Shown here: positions 55,810 to 56,740 of the stretch, in pieces
Numbering within the stretch: position 1 is the stretch's first letter
How the letters are laid out: each line of letters begins with the position of its first letter
Origin: Nitrososphaerales archaeon
Lineage (GTDB): Archaea > Thermoproteota > Nitrososphaeria > Nitrososphaerales > UBA213
DNA: 56,740 bases
Assembly: GCA_046759645.1 (NCBI GenBank)
Contig: JBHICO010000003.1
Coordinates: 1-56,740 of the forward strand
Reading direction: 5' to 3'
Translations under genes and position numbers: made by a program
Notes under the pieces: generated by a model
Databases searched by the model: none
Seen by the model: only the letters and a program-made list of their open reading frames with translations
What the model was told of the DNA's origin: nothing

Positions 55810-56628
55810 ATGAGCAGAGTTGCACTTGTTCAGCTGCGAGCATCAAGACGAAAGAATGAGAATCTAAGATCTGCTATAGAATACATAAAAGAAGCAAAAG
55901 CTAAGAAGGCTAAGCTTGTTTGCTTTCCTGAGTTTCTAATGGCCTACTCGCCTCCAGATCAAACTTCCGATGCTCTTGCAAGACTAGCAGAGACTATCAA
56001 TGGAGAATTTGCATCAGCATTAAAAAAAGCCGCAAAAAGTAATGCTATAAGCGTTGTTGCAACTATATACGAAAAGAGCAGAATAAAGAATAGAGTTTAC
56101 GATACTGCATTGTTGATAGACAAGAAGGGTACATTATTTTCTGTTTATAGAAAATTACATCTTTACGATGCATTGGGCTTCAAAGAATCTGCCAAACTTG
56201 CTGCAGGAAAAGAGCTAGTCAAACCAGTACGAACTCACATTGGCAATATTGGTATGATGATCTGCTACGATGTTCGTTTCCCCGAAATGTCGAGGATGCT
56301 TGCATTGATGGGTGCAAATGTATTGGTGATGCCATCGGCATGGTTGGAGGGAGAGATGAAAGTCGAACATTGGCAAACGATGCTAAAGGCCAGAGCAATA
56401 GAAAACGGATGCTTCGTAGTGGCCCCCGACCAGATAGGTAATATCTACATCGGGCATAGCATGGTTGTGGACCCATTCGGTAGAATCACCTTGGATATGA
56501 GAGAAAGAGAGGGTATTGGAGTTGTTGATCTGGACAATAAGTTGGTTAATGATGTTAGGAAAAAATTACCATTGTTAAAGAATAGGCGCAGTGATATCTA
56601 TTCCAAATATCCCGCCGCCGATTTGTGA
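55810..56628 (+). CDS. carbon-nitrogen hydrolase (nitrilase superfamily)
   Basis: Catalytic triad context CFPEF (Glu), YRKLHLYD (Lys) and MMICYDVRFPE (Cys). 272 aa. Confidence 0.9.
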   Translation: MSRVALVQLRASRRKNENLRSAIEYIKEAKAKKAKLVCFPEFLMAYSPPDQTSDALARLAETINGEFASALKKAAKSNAISVVATIYEKSRIKNRVYDTALLIDKKGTLFSVYRKLHLYDALGFKESAKLAAGKELVKPVRTHIGNIGMMICYDVRFPEMSRMLALMGANVLVMPSAWLEGEMKVEHWQTMLKARAIENGCFVVAPDQIGNIYIGHSMVVDPFGRITLDMREREGIGVVDLDNKLVNDVRKKLPLLKNRRSDIYSKYPAADL

Positions 56629-56740
56629 TCGATTCTGCTTCTTGTAGCTGGGCCCAAAGGAATGCTGCGGAGATATCGCTTGGCAAATACGATGACCCGA
56701 CATCCACCCACGTATATTTGTCTATCTCTCCTCGAAAGAA

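Noticed and set aside
1-56740. Search for CRISPR arrays, IS elements or transposases, integrases, tRNA-flanked islands, rRNA genes and toxin-antitoxin pairs
   Set aside because: I recognised no spaced direct-repeat array, transposase or integrase motif, rRNA-like sequence, or duplicated tRNA 3' half. The window reads as core chromosome.

Overview
This is a 56.7-kb, densely coding chromosomal segment of an archaeon. It looks most like an ammonia-oxidising Thaumarchaeota/Nitrososphaeria-type genome. Support for that: a single-domain parvulin (PinA-like), thermosome, Orc1/Cdc6, GGGP synthase, BHB-intron tRNAs and cobamide genes. The taxonomic call is inference only. About 80 genes lie on both strands, and many are joined by 4-nt ATGA/TTGA stop-start overlaps.

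Core content:
- A replisome cluster: rfcS divergent from a coupled gins23-mcm-hel308 operon.
- An rpoL-tfs-pcna operon.
- A replication origin with three ORB boxes directly upstream of orc1/cdc6.
- Thermosome, glyA, tyrS, lysC, ilvE, aIF1A and GGGP synthase.
- Two intron-containing tRNAs: Pro-CGG with a canonical intron, and Leu-UAG with a non-canonical 30/31 intron.
- Scattered cobamide genes: cbtB-cbtA, cbiH, cbiE and a soluble MtrA-like corrinoid protein.

Items worth a second look:
- A dense GTTAAC array interleaved with the ORB boxes.
- The soluble MtrA-like/PPOX gene pair.
- A parvulin, CbbQ/NorQ-type AAA+ and VWA module.
- A rhomboid protease fused to an alpha-crystallin-like domain.
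- A cation/proton antiporter fused to a PKD domain.
- A RadB/RecA-like protein with a degenerate P-loop.
- A frameshifted B3/4-domain gene.
- A twin operator palindrome in front of a small wHTH regulator.
- An unlisted 59-aa 4-oxalocrotonate-tautomerase gene.

I did not see a CRISPR array, IS element, integrase or obvious provirus. All calls come from motif recognition and hand folding. No database search or statistics were run, so start codons, family names of divergent proteins and enrichment statements are provisional.
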